Shown in pieces: positions 10,316 to 20,186 of a stretch of DNA of 64,000 nucleotides. The first letter of the stretch is position 1; every line of letters begins with the position of its first letter. The notes beneath the pieces are model-generated. The model searched no databases. It saw nothing but the letters and a program-made list of their open reading frames with translations, and was not told the DNA's origin. The translations under genes and the position numbers were made by a program. Location: assembly GCA_050943935.1 (NCBI GenBank), contig JBMNQC010000004.1, forward strand, positions 107,759 to 171,758. Reading direction: 5' to 3'. The DNA is from Candidatus Heteroscillospira sp. (GTDB lineage Bacteria > Bacillota > Clostridia > Oscillospirales > Oscillospiraceae).

Positions 10316-12406
10316 TCACTTCAAAAGGCTCATCTCCGTCTCCAGAGTGACGGTGCTGTTCTTAAAGCTGAAGTAATAGTCCAGCACATTGCGCGCTATC
10401 TCGGCTATTGCAGAACCGGCGCCGCCCTTTTCAACGGCCACACAAATGGCTATCTCTGGATTCTCGGCGGGGGCATAACAGACGAACACACCGTTGTTGG
10501 TTACCTTTTCACCCATTTGGGCCGTACCTGTCTTGGCAGCCACCTTCACCGGATAGTTGCCGAAGGTCTCATAAGCAGTACCCATAACGCTGTTCGCAAC
10601 GGCGTACATACCGTCGGTTACGGCCTTGAAATACTCGGGCTTGGCGTCTACGGTACTGAGTACCTCCCGCTGACGGTCATAAAGGCTCTCGGAATAGCCG
10701 TAGTTTCGCACGGATTTCAGCATGCTGCAGCTGTACCGGGTGCCGCCGTTTGCCAGCGTGGCGGTGTAGTTTGCCAGCTGCAGCGGTGTGAACTGATGCC
10801 AGCCCTGGCCTATGGCCGCCTGCAGGGTATCGCCCAGATACAGGGGCTCGCCCAGCAAGTTCATTTTGAACTCCTCGGTAGTCAATGTGCCCTCGGACTC
10901 CACCAGCTCTATTCCGGTGGGCTCGCCGAGGCCGAATTCCCTGGTATATTTATTTATCCGGTCTATGCCCAGAAAGTCGCCCACGGTGTAGAAAAAGTAG
11001 TTGCAGGAGACCTCCACGGCGCCTGTGACGTTTATGGTGCCGTGGGTTCCCTTGCCGTATATCCAGCATCGGGGGGCGTAGCCCTGGTCGGCATATTTTG
11101 TAAACTCCAGCTCGTCGGTGATAGTTGTTGTGGGAGTTATTATTCCCTCGTTCAGCGCCGCTATGGCAACGGCGGGCTTGAATGTGGAGCCGGGGGCGTA
11201 GATACCGTTCAGCGCGCGGTTGAACAGGGGATTATTCTCGTCCTCCAGCAGCTCGTTCCAGTCCTCCATAACAGAGGACAGGTCGAAGGTGGGATAGCTG
11301 GCCACAGCCAGCGGCTCGCCGGAATCAACCTTTACAACGGCTATGCCGCCGCCGGTTATAAGCTGCTTTATATCCTCGGTCTGGCCCAGGGCCTCAAACT
11401 CCGCGTTGTCCACCTCACGCTGGGCGTTTTCCTCCGCAATATAGGAAGACAGCGCCTGCTCGGCGGCCTCTTGAAGGCCTATGTCTATGGTGAGATATAC
11501 ATGGTTGCCCGGCTCCGGCTCCTCTGTATACACGGTGCTTGTAACCACGCCTGTGGCTGTTTTTGTTATCCTCGCCTCGCCGTCAGAGCCGTGGAGATAG
11601 CTTTCAAACGCTCTCTCCACGCCGTCCTGACCCACCTGGGCGTCCATATCGTAGCCCTCCTTGCGGTAGACCTCGTACTGTTCCGGGCTCATATCGTTAA
11701 TATAGCCCAAAATATGGCTGGCGTAGTCGGTTTTGTATTCGCGGATATAGGAAACCTCCACATCAAAGCCGGGCAGATTGCTCTCCAGCAGCTTGGTGAT
11801 AAGGTCTATACCCACATCCTCTGCGAAAATATACGGTGCGGTGGGCACGTCGTAGCGGCCGTTGAGCTCATAGCGCACTCCGGCTATAAGGCGGCTCTGG
11901 CGGCCGTCGTAGCTGGGGTCTATGTCGTAGCGGCTGCGGCAGTAAGCCAGCAGTTCCACGGCGCTGGTGTCCTCCGGCAGCTCTTTGGCAGCCAGATAGC
12001 CCTTCAGGAAGTAGCTCTGGAGGCTGGTCATATTTGAAACATACTCAAAAGGCGCCTCCATGGTCACGGGCATGGTGTCCGTGTGCTTCTCGCCGTAGCT
12101 CTCGCATATCTCTATGAGCTGCAGGATGATGGCGTTGGGGTCCTCCTGTTCAAACAGCTCGTCGGTATCCAGCACTATGTTGCTGCACGCCCGGTTGGAA
12201 ACCAGCAGCCGTCCGTAGCGGTCCAGTATGTCGCCTCTGGCGGCCTTTACTGTTTTTGTTGTAGGTATGGAATTGGTACTGCTCTCATAGTAGGCCGCAC
12301 CGTCCACTATCTGCAGCTTATACAGAGTGACAAGGTACAGGCCCAGCAGCAGAGCCAGGAGCAGACTCAAAAAGCCCAGTCTGCCGCGGCTGAAAAATCT
12401 GTCCAT
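10316..12406 (-). CDS. mrdA: penicillin-binding protein 2 (elongasome transpeptidase)
   Basis: 696 aa. N-terminal TM anchor, PBP dimerisation domain, transpeptidase motifs STFKP and KTGTA. Lies downstream of mreCD. Confidence 0.9.
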   Translation of the reverse strand: MDRFFSRGRLGFLSLLLALLLGLYLVTLYKLQIVDGAAYYESSTNSIPTTKTVKAARGDILDRYGRLLVSNRACSNIVLDTDELFEQEDPNAIILQLIEICESYGEKHTDTMPVTMEAPFEYVSNMTSLQSYFLKGYLAAKELPEDTSAVELLAYCRSRYDIDPSYDGRQSRLIAGVRYELNGRYDVPTAPYIFAEDVGIDLITKLLESNLPGFDVEVSYIREYKTDYASHILGYINDMSPEQYEVYRKEGYDMDAQVGQDGVERAFESYLHGSDGEARITKTATGVVTSTVYTEEPEPGNHVYLTIDIGLQEAAEQALSSYIAEENAQREVDNAEFEALGQTEDIKQLITGGGIAVVKVDSGEPLAVASYPTFDLSSVMEDWNELLEDENNPLFNRALNGIYAPGSTFKPAVAIAALNEGIITPTTTITDELEFTKYADQGYAPRCWIYGKGTHGTINVTGAVEVSCNYFFYTVGDFLGIDRINKYTREFGLGEPTGIELVESEGTLTTEEFKMNLLGEPLYLGDTLQAAIGQGWHQFTPLQLANYTATLANGGTRYSCSMLKSVRNYGYSESLYDRQREVLSTVDAKPEYFKAVTDGMYAVANSVMGTAYETFGNYPVKVAAKTGTAQMGEKVTNNGVFVCYAPAENPEIAICVAVEKGGAGSAIAEIARNVLDYYFSFKNSTVTLETEMSLLK

Positions 12407-12426
12407 TTGCAGGTCCTTTCAAACGC

Positions 12427-12939
12427 TCAGTCCAGCGCTCTCGCGGCGAGGGCGCGGCACGGATAATAAAATACGAAAACAAACGGGGTGGAATACAGCG
12501 TCTGTAAAAGCGCCACCCTCAGCATAGCCATAAGCTCGCCGTCGTACAGCACCAGCACCCGCAGGGCCTGGGCCAGGGCGCACAGCAGCAGGGCGCATAG
12601 GCAGGCGAAAAAGAACGCCACCGGCCGGCGGCTGAGGAGGAATCTCTCCCCCGCCGTAGCAAGAAAGCCTATGAAAGGCATGAGTATGGTAAACAGCACC
12701 TGCGTCTCGGCAAACATGGCGTCCGAGAGCATGCCGCAGGCCAGACCGAAGCCCATGCCCCACCAGCCGCCCTGGAGCATCCCCAGGGCCACCGGAAATA
12801 TGGGCAGTATCATGGCCCGCACGCCGAACAGGCTTATACGGGACAGTACCGTCTCCTGTACCAGCAGGGCCAGCAGCATTATGCCGGAATAGATAAGAGC
12901 GCGGCGGAGCTTATCCAGATCTATTACTTCAAGCAGCAT
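12427..12939 (-). CDS. mreD: rod shape-determining protein MreD
   Basis: Polytopic membrane protein directly after mreC. Start trimmed to MLLEVIDLDK (12939). Confidence 0.75.
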   Translation of the reverse strand: MLLEVIDLDKLRRALIYSGIMLLALLVQETVLSRISLFGVRAMILPIFPVALGMLQGGWWGMGFGLACGMLSDAMFAETQVLFTILMPFIGFLATAGERFLLSRRPVAFFFACLCALLLCALAQALRVLVLYDGELMAMLRVALLQTLYSTPFVFVFYYPCRALAARALD

Positions 12940-12949
12940 TGCCCTCTCC

Positions 12950-13798
12950 TTACTCCACGACCTCAAAGGCCGTGACCACAAACACCTGGGATACCGTATC
13001 CAGGTCGCAGCTGGGGCGCAGCACTCCATAGGGCATCTGGCCGCCCGCCTCGGTGAGTACGGACTCTATATAGCCCACCACCAGCCCCTGGGGGAAGGCT
13101 CCGCCCCGTCCGGAGGTGAGCACCACATCCTCCTCAAGGAGGCTGGTGCCCTCAGTCATGTGAAAGAGCTTGCATCTGCCCTCCTGCATCAGGGCGAAAT
13201 CGCCTATGGCCATGGCCGCGTTTCCGGCCTCGCCAACCAGCACGCCCACGTTTGTGTCCACATCTATGACGGTTTTGACATTTGCCCAGTTGTCGCCCAG
13301 CTCGGAGATCTGTCCCACCAGTTCACCTGCCTCAGTCACCACGGGCATGCCCACGGCTATGCCGGCGCTCTCGCCCTTGCTGATGGTGAAGCTGCTGGAC
13401 CAGTTGGAGCTGTTCCAGTTCACCACGCGGGCGGACTCAAAGGTGAAGTCGGAGTGCTTCTGCTTCAGGTTCAGCAGCTCCCGGAGCTTCTCGTTCTCCT
13501 CCACAGCCTCGGCGCCTCTTCTGGCCTCCTCCTGTGCCTCGGTCAGCTGGGCCTTCAGCGCCTCGTTCTCAGCCTGGAGCTTGTCATATTCATAGATATA
13601 GCCGTACAGGCTCTCGAACCAGTCTATCACCGTACTGACGGCGCCCTGAAGCGGAGCCTTTATAACGCCGGCGGTGTTTGTAACAACGCCCGCCTTGCCC
13701 TGCAGAAAATGCGCGCTGACGCCCACGATGAGCACCACACACAGCACCATGGCCAGCAGCCGCGTTCCGTATCTGCGGAGAAATTTTTTGAAATTCAA
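12950..13798 (-). CDS. mreC: rod shape-determining protein MreC
   Basis: 282 aa. N-terminal TM segment, a coiled coil (ENEALKAQLTEAQEE) and beta-barrel C-terminal domains. Confidence 0.9.
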   Translation of the reverse strand: MNFKKFLRRYGTRLLAMVLCVVLIVGVSAHFLQGKAGVVTNTAGVIKAPLQGAVSTVIDWFESLYGYIYEYDKLQAENEALKAQLTEAQEEARRGAEAVEENEKLRELLNLKQKHSDFTFESARVVNWNSSNWSSSFTISKGESAGIAVGMPVVTEAGELVGQISELGDNWANVKTVIDVDTNVGVLVGEAGNAAMAIGDFALMQEGRCKLFHMTEGTSLLEEDVVLTSGRGGAFPQGLVVGYIESVLTEAGGQMPYGVLRPSCDLDTVSQVFVVTAFEVVE

Positions 13799-14367
13799 AT
13801 CAAATCAACACCCAATCTGCCCAATATGACGCCCAGCCGGCACAGCGGCAGGCCCATCACGTTATAGTAATCTCCGGTTATCCCGCTTACGAAATAACCG
13901 CCCTTACCCTGTATGCCGTAGGCTCCGGCCTTGTCCATACATTCACCCGAGTCCGCGTAGGCGCTTATCTCCCGCCCGGTCATCTGGCGGAAGCGGACGG
14001 CGGTCTCCTCGTATTCGCACACGCTCTGCCCCCGGCATTTCACCGCAAGCCCGGTGAACACCCGGTGCTCCCGCCCGGAGAGACTGCCGAGCATGGACAC
14101 GGCCTCCTCCCGCGTACGGGGCTTGCCCAGTATCTTTCCCTCCGCCGCCACAACGGTGTCGGCGGCTATTATCAGGTCCTCCGGGCCGTATAGGGCGGCC
14201 ACCTCGGAGCATTTGCCTGCGGCCAGAGCCATAACGGTCTGTTCGGGGCCTGCTCCGGGAGGAATTATCTCCTCGCCCACGGCGGGGTGTATGGTCAGGT
14301 TCTTTACTCCCAGCATTTCCAGCAGCTCACGCCGCCGGGGTGAGCCGGAGGCCAGTATAATACGCAT
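13795..14367 (-). CDS. maf: Maf-like nucleoside triphosphate pyrophosphatase
   Basis: True start MRIILASGSPRRRELL at 14367. The upstream extension of the tracked ORF overlaps the U32 gene and is not coding. Confidence 0.9.
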   Translation of the reverse strand: MRIILASGSPRRRELLEMLGVKNLTIHPAVGEEIIPPGAGPEQTVMALAAGKCSEVAALYGPEDLIIAADTVVAAEGKILGKPRTREEAVSMLGSLSGREHRVFTGLAVKCRGQSVCEYEETAVRFRQMTGREISAYADSGECMDKAGAYGIQGKGGYFVSGITGDYYNVMGLPLCRLGVILGRLGVDLI

Positions 14368-14369
14368 TG

Positions 14370-16466
14370 TCACTTCACTCCCCGGTAATACAGTCCGCGG
14401 GTAATATTGGTAGCGCTGTAATCCGTCTGGCCCATGTAGGCCTGAGCGGTGAGCACGCACTCCCGTGCGCTCTCCGTGGTGAACAGGAGCCTCGCGCCCC
14501 AGAGGCCTATGCTCTCGTAATCGCCCCGCTTGTCGGCCAGATACAGCCGGTGGGCGTTGAGCACCACGTTGCGGCAGCCAAACTCCCTTATGACGGGAAA
14601 CACGCTGCCGCGTCGGTCGGCAAGCTGGGGATTGTTCTCGCAGTTGCATCTGCCCGCGCTGTTTTTGATGATGCACTGGTCGGACACCATGGCCGGCAGC
14701 CGGCCGTAGACTATCATCTCGGTGTCCAGAGGCTTTATCATGTCTCTTATCTGGCTCAGCCGCAGCTCAAAGCTGGCGGTAGCGGATATAAGTCCCGCGC
14801 AGCGGAGCATCTCCAGAGCGTGGGAGTTGTAGGCGTTCAGCCCGAAGTCGCCCCGCACGGCAAAGCCCAGCTGGCGGCAGATGGCGATATGGCCCAGATT
14901 GCCCACCACCACCTCGGTTATGCCCAGGGATTTTGCCCTGTGCAGCAGCTGGCGCACCGTCTCGCTCTCCGTATCGGTGATAACCCGGGGCAGCACGGCG
15001 GCAACGGCGGCTCCCTCCTGAATGAATGGGGCTATACGCCGGGCGCTCTCGTCGCTGCCCAGCATTTCCAGGGGGACATAGAGGTAATTGGGACGGGTAG
15101 CGGCCAGCTCGGGGCTGAGCTGCTCCGGACGTGTCACCTGATATATGAGCCGCGGCGCGCCGGAGGCCGCTCCGGACAGGGGCGCCGTGGGAAAATCCCC
15201 AAGGGTGCGCTGAGGCGGATTTTTCCGCATAGCCGTCAGCCTAGATATAAGCTCCCGGCGCATCTCATTCAGAGCGGAAGCCGGCAGATACAGCCCCGGG
15301 TCCACCTTGCAGTTTATCTCCACGCCGGAATATGGAGTGCCGCCGGTCTTATAAAGCTGCTCTCCCACGGCCTGTCCGGTCAGCTCTCTGGCTGCGGCGG
15401 CCTGGGGCACGCTTCCCTCGGCTGTGGCGTGATTTCCGTCCATGTCCTCAACGGCGAAGCGGGCGCGCTTGCCTGCCTCAACCACGGCATAGAATTTCAC
15501 CGGCACCCTGCGCAACTCGCTGTTTATGTAGCTCCTGTGGGCTTCGGCAAACATGCGCTCCATGGCGCCCCTGTCCGGCTCCTCCCGGACGCCGAACATA
15601 TCCGGTCCCACCTTGCCGGTGAAATAGCCGTCTGTAAAGCCCTGGCGTGAGAAGGCCAGAGTGAGCCTGTCCATATCCGCCTGAGTGGGAGCCTTTTTGT
15701 TTTTCACGGCGTTTGCGTAAATCTCGGTAACCACCGCGGCGTACTCGGGTCGCTTTGCCCGGCCCTCTATCTTGGCGCAGGCCACACCTATGCGCTCCAG
15801 CTCCTCAACATAGCGTAGCAGGCAGTTGTCCTTCAGGCTCATGGGCTTGTTGTCCATGCGCCCGCCCAGGCTGTAATCCATGCGGCAGGTCTGGGCGCAC
15901 ATGCCCCGGTTGCCGCTGTGTCCGCCTATGAGGGCGCTCATATAGCACTGGCCGGAGTGGCAGAAGCACAGAGCGCCGTGGACGAACACCTCTATCTCCA
16001 CGGGGGAGCGGGCGCATATGGCCTCTATCTGCTTCATATTCAGCTCTCTGGCCAGCACCACGCGCTTCATGCCCAGCTCGGCCGCGGCCAGCACGCCGTC
16101 CAGATTGTGGACGCTCATCTGAGTGCTGGCGTGCAGGGGCATATCCGGCAGCAGGCTTCGCAGCACCCGGGCGAGGCCCAGATCCTGCACCAGTATGGCG
16201 TCCGCGCCTATGTCGGCGGCGCGCACGGCAAGCTCGGAGGCCGCTCTCAGCTCCCTGTCAGAGGCCAGGGTGTTCAGGGTCACATAGACCTTGCAGCCCC
16301 GCACCCGGCAGTAGCGCACAGCGTCGGCAAACTCCTCGTCTGTGAAATTTTTTGCGCCCTGGCGGGCGTTAAAGCCGCCGAAGCCCATATATACGGCATC
16401 CGCACCGCTCTGCACGGCGGCAATTATGCCCTCGGGGGAGCCGGCGGGAGAAAGGATTTCAAGCAT
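14370..16466 (-). CDS. peptidase U32 family protein (long form)
   Basis: 698 aa. MLEILSPAGSPEGIIAAVQSGADAVYMGFGGFNAR N-terminus typical of the U32/PrtC family. Confidence 0.85.
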   Translation of the reverse strand: MLEILSPAGSPEGIIAAVQSGADAVYMGFGGFNARQGAKNFTDEEFADAVRYCRVRGCKVYVTLNTLASDRELRAASELAVRAADIGADAILVQDLGLARVLRSLLPDMPLHASTQMSVHNLDGVLAAAELGMKRVVLARELNMKQIEAICARSPVEIEVFVHGALCFCHSGQCYMSALIGGHSGNRGMCAQTCRMDYSLGGRMDNKPMSLKDNCLLRYVEELERIGVACAKIEGRAKRPEYAAVVTEIYANAVKNKKAPTQADMDRLTLAFSRQGFTDGYFTGKVGPDMFGVREEPDRGAMERMFAEAHRSYINSELRRVPVKFYAVVEAGKRARFAVEDMDGNHATAEGSVPQAAAARELTGQAVGEQLYKTGGTPYSGVEINCKVDPGLYLPASALNEMRRELISRLTAMRKNPPQRTLGDFPTAPLSGAASGAPRLIYQVTRPEQLSPELAATRPNYLYVPLEMLGSDESARRIAPFIQEGAAVAAVLPRVITDTESETVRQLLHRAKSLGITEVVVGNLGHIAICRQLGFAVRGDFGLNAYNSHALEMLRCAGLISATASFELRLSQIRDMIKPLDTEMIVYGRLPAMVSDQCIIKNSAGRCNCENNPQLADRRGSVFPVIREFGCRNVVLNAHRLYLADKRGDYESIGLWGARLLFTTESARECVLTAQAYMGQTDYSATNITRGLYYRGVK

Positions 16467-16518
16467 GGTTTTCCCTCTTTAAATATTATGTCACGGTATT
16501 ATACCACATTGTTTGTGA

Positions 16519-16547
16519 TTGCCACAAGGTCTTTTTAATGGTATAAT
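16519..16547 (+). promoter_or_regulatory. sigma-A type promoter for dnaD/dnaI
   Basis: TTGCCA (16519-16524), 17-nt spacer, TATAAT (16542-16547), with TG at -14/-15. Confidence 0.55.
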
Positions 16548-16610
16548 AAAGCCCGGTTCGCATTATTTTCAATTCATTCACATTTTAGCCCAAACACCGA
16601 GGATAAAGAC

Positions 16611-17543
16611 ATGAACGAGGTAAACTATATAATCGCCCGGGAGCAGGCCCTGTGCGTCTCCGCCCAGGACGCGGACAGGCTCATAGACCGTCGGGACGGT
16701 ACGGCGGCCCTGCTGTATCTGTATCTCCTGCGCCGGGGCGGCTCCTTCCGCATGGAGGAGGCCTCTCAGCGTCTGGGGATCTCCGCCATGCAGCTTCGCG
16801 CCGCGGCGGAGGCTCTGCAGAGCATGGGGCTGCTGGAAATTCGCGGCATACCGGAGCCTGCCCAGGAGCTGCCCGAATACAGCACCCAGGACATGCAGAC
16901 GCGCACCATGGACAGCGAGGAATTTGCAGCCCTCGCCATGGAGGTGCAGTCGGCCATGGGCCGGGTGCTCTCCGGCACGGAGCTGAAGCTCCTGTTCGGC
17001 ATATACGACTATCTGGCCCTGCCGCCGGAGGTGATATGTATGCTGGTGGGCTACTGCATGGAGCGCACGGAAAAGCGCCAGGGCGCGGGACGCCGCCCCT
17101 CCATGCGCACCATAGAGCGCGAGGCCTACGCCTGGGCCAACCGGGAGATAAACACCCTTGAGCTGGCCGAGGCGCACCTGCAGAATCTGGCCCGCATGGA
17201 GAGCGAGACTGAAAAGGCCAAGGCCGCCGTGGGCATCTCCGGCCGGGAGCTGAGCGCCACCGAGCGCAAATACATAGAGAGCTGGATAGCCATGGGCTTC
17301 GACGCCGACGCTCTGGCCATGGCCTACGACCGCACCGTGGTAAAGACCGGACGGCTCCAGTGGAAGTATATGAACTCCATAATAACCAGCTGGCACGGCA
17401 AGGGCCTGCACACCCCCAAAGAGATAAGCGAGGGCGACACCCTGTCCCCCCTGCACACCCCCGCCCGGAACGCCGCCGCGCCGGGACAGAACCAGCTTCA
17501 GCGCATGGAGCGGCTGATGGACAAGATAAAAAACGAGAGGTAG
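16611..17543 (+). CDS. DnaD-domain replication initiation / helicase-loading protein (DnaB/DnaD-like)
   Basis: 310 aa. DnaD-like repeat regions. Immediately followed by a DnaI/DnaC-like ATPase, as in the Firmicute dnaB-dnaI operon. Confidence 0.7.
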   Translation: MNEVNYIIAREQALCVSAQDADRLIDRRDGTAALLYLYLLRRGGSFRMEEASQRLGISAMQLRAAAEALQSMGLLEIRGIPEPAQELPEYSTQDMQTRTMDSEEFAALAMEVQSAMGRVLSGTELKLLFGIYDYLALPPEVICMLVGYCMERTEKRQGAGRRPSMRTIEREAYAWANREINTLELAEAHLQNLARMESETEKAKAAVGISGRELSATERKYIESWIAMGFDADALAMAYDRTVVKTGRLQWKYMNSIITSWHGKGLHTPKEISEGDTLSPLHTPARNAAAPGQNQLQRMERLMDKIKNER

Positions 17544-17547
17544 CACC

Positions 17548-18528
17548 ATGGACGGAAAGCTATTGGCCCAGGCCAGAGAAGAGCTGGCACAGATTAAACA
17601 GCACAATACCGACGAGGCCACGCGCCGCCGCGCGGAGGTATACCGCCGCGCCCCCCGGGTGCGCCTTATGGACAAGCGCCTGAAGGAGATCATGGTGGAG
17701 GTGTTCGGCGCCGCTATGGGTCAGGGCGGGGACATAAAGGCCCTGGAACAGGAGAGCCTCTCTCTCCAGGCACAGCGGGCGGAAATGCTCACCGCCATGG
17801 GCTTCGGCCCGGACTATCTGGACGAGCTGGTAAGCTGCCCCAAGTGCCGGGACAGCGGCTATGTCATGGGACATATGTGCTCCTGCCTGCAGGAGCTGTA
17901 CGACCGTCAGGTGGCCCAGAGCCTCTCCAGCCTCATGCTCATGGGCGACGAGCGCTTTGAGAACTTCGACCTGAGCCTATATGACGACGCTCTGAACTAC
18001 AAGACCGGCGTTTCCCCCCGCCAGTGCATGGCGGCTGTGTTCAATTTCTGCAAGACCTACGCGGAGCATTTCGCCCCCGGCGGCATAAACCTGCTGCTGC
18101 GCGGCGGCCCCGGCCTGGGAAAGACCTTCCTCTCCGCCTGCATAGCTCGGGTGGTTGCCGGAAAGGGATACTCCGTGGTATACGAGTCCGCAGGGGACGC
18201 CTTTGAGGCCTTTGAGGAGAAGAAATTCTCCCGCTATGAGGACTGTGACGCCGCGGCCCGGGTGGAGCGTATGCTCACCTGCGACCTGCTGATACTGGAC
18301 GACCTGGGTACGGAGATGCCCGGCGGCTTCGCCTCCGGCGCCCTATACGCCATACTGAACAAGCGCATATCCACGAAGGGCAGCATGATAATGAGCACCA
18401 ACCTCAGCCCCGAGGAGCTTCGCCGCCGCTACACGCCCCAGATAGCCTCCCGCATAGAGGGAGAGTTTGAGGCCCTGGAATTTTTCGGGCGGGATATAAG
18501 AGCCGTAAAAAAAGAGCGGGGAATGTAA
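17548..18528 (+). CDS. dnaI: DnaI/DnaC-like helicase loader ATPase
   Basis: 326 aa. Zinc-binding CPKCRDSGY...CSC, Walker A GGPGLGKTF, Walker B LLILDDLG. Confidence 0.8.
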   Translation: MDGKLLAQAREELAQIKQHNTDEATRRRAEVYRRAPRVRLMDKRLKEIMVEVFGAAMGQGGDIKALEQESLSLQAQRAEMLTAMGFGPDYLDELVSCPKCRDSGYVMGHMCSCLQELYDRQVAQSLSSLMLMGDERFENFDLSLYDDALNYKTGVSPRQCMAAVFNFCKTYAEHFAPGGINLLLRGGPGLGKTFLSACIARVVAGKGYSVVYESAGDAFEAFEEKKFSRYEDCDAAARVERMLTCDLLILDDLGTEMPGGFASGALYAILNKRISTKGSMIMSTNLSPEELRRRYTPQIASRIEGEFEALEFFGRDIRAVKKERGM

Positions 18529-18532
18529 AGAC

Positions 18533-18790
18533 AAATTAAGAATGAATAGTGAAAAATGAAGAATTTTGCGCCTGCCGTAGAATCTGCTCCCCTAACAGGG
18601 GAGCTGTCAGCGAAGCTGACTGAAGGGTTTAACCTATCAAGTTAGCTTGGAACTGATTTGGAGGCTTAAACCCTTCCGCCCTCTGCGGAGGGCACCTCCC
18701 CTGTTAGGGGAGGGAAGTTTTTGGTACGGCGCGCCAGCACCACTACAATTATTTACTATTACTTCTTCACTATCCACTCCCCCATATACT
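18533..18790. repeat. intergenic mosaic repeat cluster 1 (unit 3 inverted, unit 2 inverted, degenerate unit 3)
   Basis: 18575-18713 is the reverse complement of the 47299-47437 / 47705-47840 unit. 18533-18568 is the reverse complement of the AT-rich ATTCTTC-type tail. Confidence 0.9.
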
Positions 18791-18792
18791 AC

Positions 18793-18824
18793 AAACAGCG
18801 GACGCCTTTTGGCGTCCGCTGTTT
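18793..18824. terminator. bidirectional intrinsic terminator
   Basis: AAACAGCGGACGCC-TTTT-GGCGTCCGCTGTTT, with A-run and T-run flanks. Lies 3 nt from the stop of the 18828 gene. Confidence 0.75.
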
Positions 18825-18827
18825 TAT

Positions 18828-19175
18828 TTACTGGAACAAATATTCGTCAAACTCAGGTGCTATAACCCGCGACGGGTCGGGCTCTGAAGGAGCAAACCGG
18901 CGGTATCTTATCCACATGATGAGCACCAGATACAGCGCGCCCAGCAGCCATATCATGGCCGAGGCGGCTATGATATACAGGAGCTTATCCCGTGTGCCGC
19001 TGAACTTTTCCCGGGCTCTCAGGGTATGTATGGCGGTGAACACAAGCGGCGCAATGAGCAGAAAGCCCACCGCCCATTCAAGAGTGAGCTGGCGGTTCAG
19101 GAAAAAAGCGATGAGCAGAACCGGATTTCGGATATTGGCGCTGAGCTGCCAGTAGCGTTTTCTTGTCTCTGCCAC
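18828..19175 (-). CDS. hypothetical small membrane protein
   Basis: 115 aa with about three hydrophobic helices. No recognisable family. Confidence 0.5.
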   Translation of the reverse strand: MAETRKRYWQLSANIRNPVLLIAFFLNRQLTLEWAVGFLLIAPLVFTAIHTLRAREKFSGTRDKLLYIIAASAMIWLLGALYLVLIMWIRYRRFAPSEPDPSRVIAPEFDEYLFQ

Positions 19176-19215
19176 AGTCGCCGCCCCCCTTTGTTTCTCC
19201 GCCTAAAATTATATG

Positions 19216-19650
19216 CTATCTTATGCCCGTTTCGTCCAGCAGCTCTGTAAATTCATTGCCTACAGAGAAGAACGTCATCTCGCCTATCCGCACAAAGTTT
19301 TCTCCAAAAGTGTAGGGCGGGCCGTTTTTTCCGTCTCCGTACACATAGATACCGTAAGTCCAGCCGCCTCGCGGGAAAAGCCGCCGCCACCAGAACATAT
19401 AGTGCACATGGTTAAGCCGGGACACCAGCTTATCCAGTTCTTCCCCTGTGTAGACTACGCTTTTCCCGCCGCCTTTGCACACCTCTATCTTCTCAACGGA
19501 GTCGTCCAGATGAAAGACATGAAAGGGCAGCTTCGAGGCGTTGGGGTCGGAAAAAGTCAAAACGATTGGCAGCAATAAATAGACGGCGCACAAAAGCAGC
19601 AAGAAGCACTTTACACGCCTGTTCTTCACTCCACCGCCCCCCTTTTGCAC
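19216..19650 (-). CDS. hypothetical N-terminally anchored/secreted protein
   Basis: 144 aa. Hydrophobic N-terminal segment CFLLLLCAVYLLLPIVL. No recognisable family. Confidence 0.5.
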   Translation of the reverse strand: MQKGGGGVKNRRVKCFLLLLCAVYLLLPIVLTFSDPNASKLPFHVFHLDDSVEKIEVCKGGGKSVVYTGEELDKLVSRLNHVHYMFWWRRLFPRGGWTYGIYVYGDGKNGPPYTFGENFVRIGEMTFFSVGNEFTELLDETGIR

Positions 19651-19734
19651 ATATTATACTATATTCTGCCGGACGCCGTCAATCATTTTACATATTTTGA
19701 CGTTGATTCCTGACGAATCGTAAGTAAAATGGAA

Positions 19735-20152
19735 GTCTGAACGGGGCGCAGCCTGAGGTGGGCGATAGTATCAGGTGAGCTTAACGCTGAACTCCACTGC
19801 CCAATTCCACCGACTCAGGCGCGATTCAGTCGGAACTCACACTTCGCCATTTGAGTAAGGTGAGCTTTAGCTCAGCTTACGGCCCATGGCGAACGGTCAG
19901 TTTCTTTGGCGGGCGACACCGTTTCTTTCTAAAAGAAATGGGGTCGCACACCGCAGCCCGCAGGCTGCGCCCTTGCACTTTCGTTTTGAATACGCTTCCA
20001 CCAAATTTGATAGCTTAAACCCTTCCGGCCCTGCGGGGCCACCTCCCCTGTTAGGGGAGGAAAAGAGAGCGCAGCCCCGACTCCTGTTAGGGGAGGAAAG
20101 AGTTAAATCGGCGCGAAGCGCCACCTAAATTATTCATTATTCATTCTTCACT
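19735..20152. repeat. intergenic mosaic repeat cluster 2 (half of the ~450-bp element, partial unit 2, unit 3)
   Basis: 19770-19975 aligns with 43488-43690 and 47460-47650. Hairpin GACACCGTTTCTTTCTAAAAGAAATGGGGTC at 19915-19945. GGCGCGAAGCGCC at 20110-20122, followed by the AT-rich tail. Confidence 0.9.
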
Positions 20153-20186
20153 AAAAACCGCCCCCTGTTTTCAGGGGGCGGTTTTT
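20153..20186 (-). terminator. intrinsic terminator of the fumarate hydratase alpha gene
   Basis: AAAAACCGCCCCCTG-TTTT-CAGGGGGCGGTTTTT, directly after the stop codon. Confidence 0.8.

Noticed and set aside
12427-14367. Absence of mreB/radC between maf and mreC as a sign of rearrangement.
   Set aside because: Gene order around mreCD varies widely in Clostridia, and mreB paralogues are commonly elsewhere. There are no repeat or junction signatures here.
16611-18528. The dnaD/dnaI pair as a prophage or plasmid replication module.
   Set aside because: There are no phage structural, integrase or repressor genes nearby. The composition matches the host and there is a housekeeping-style promoter. 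This is consistent with the chromosomal Firmicute dnaB(dnaD-like)-dnaI operon.
18908-18916. Perfect DnaA boxes: TTATCCACA at 18908-18916 and its complement at 44289-44297, considered as oriC markers.
   Set aside because: These are single, isolated matches inside coding sequences. There is no cluster, no AT-rich unwinding element, and no dnaA gene nearby.
19886-20128. Conserved-looking ORFs inside the repeats, for example ...FLWRATPFL(L/S)K(E/R)(M/N)G... (19886-20128, 43566-43817, 47440-47718) and KPISLKKRVS(N/D)FPKNLPKSNTLLGLADAHNALVR (47161-47346, 40445-40690, 29587-29793).
   Set aside because: - The peptide similarity only reflects near-identical DNA.
- The copies are truncated at different points and occur in both orientations.
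- They lack RBSs, and the frames are broken differently between copies.
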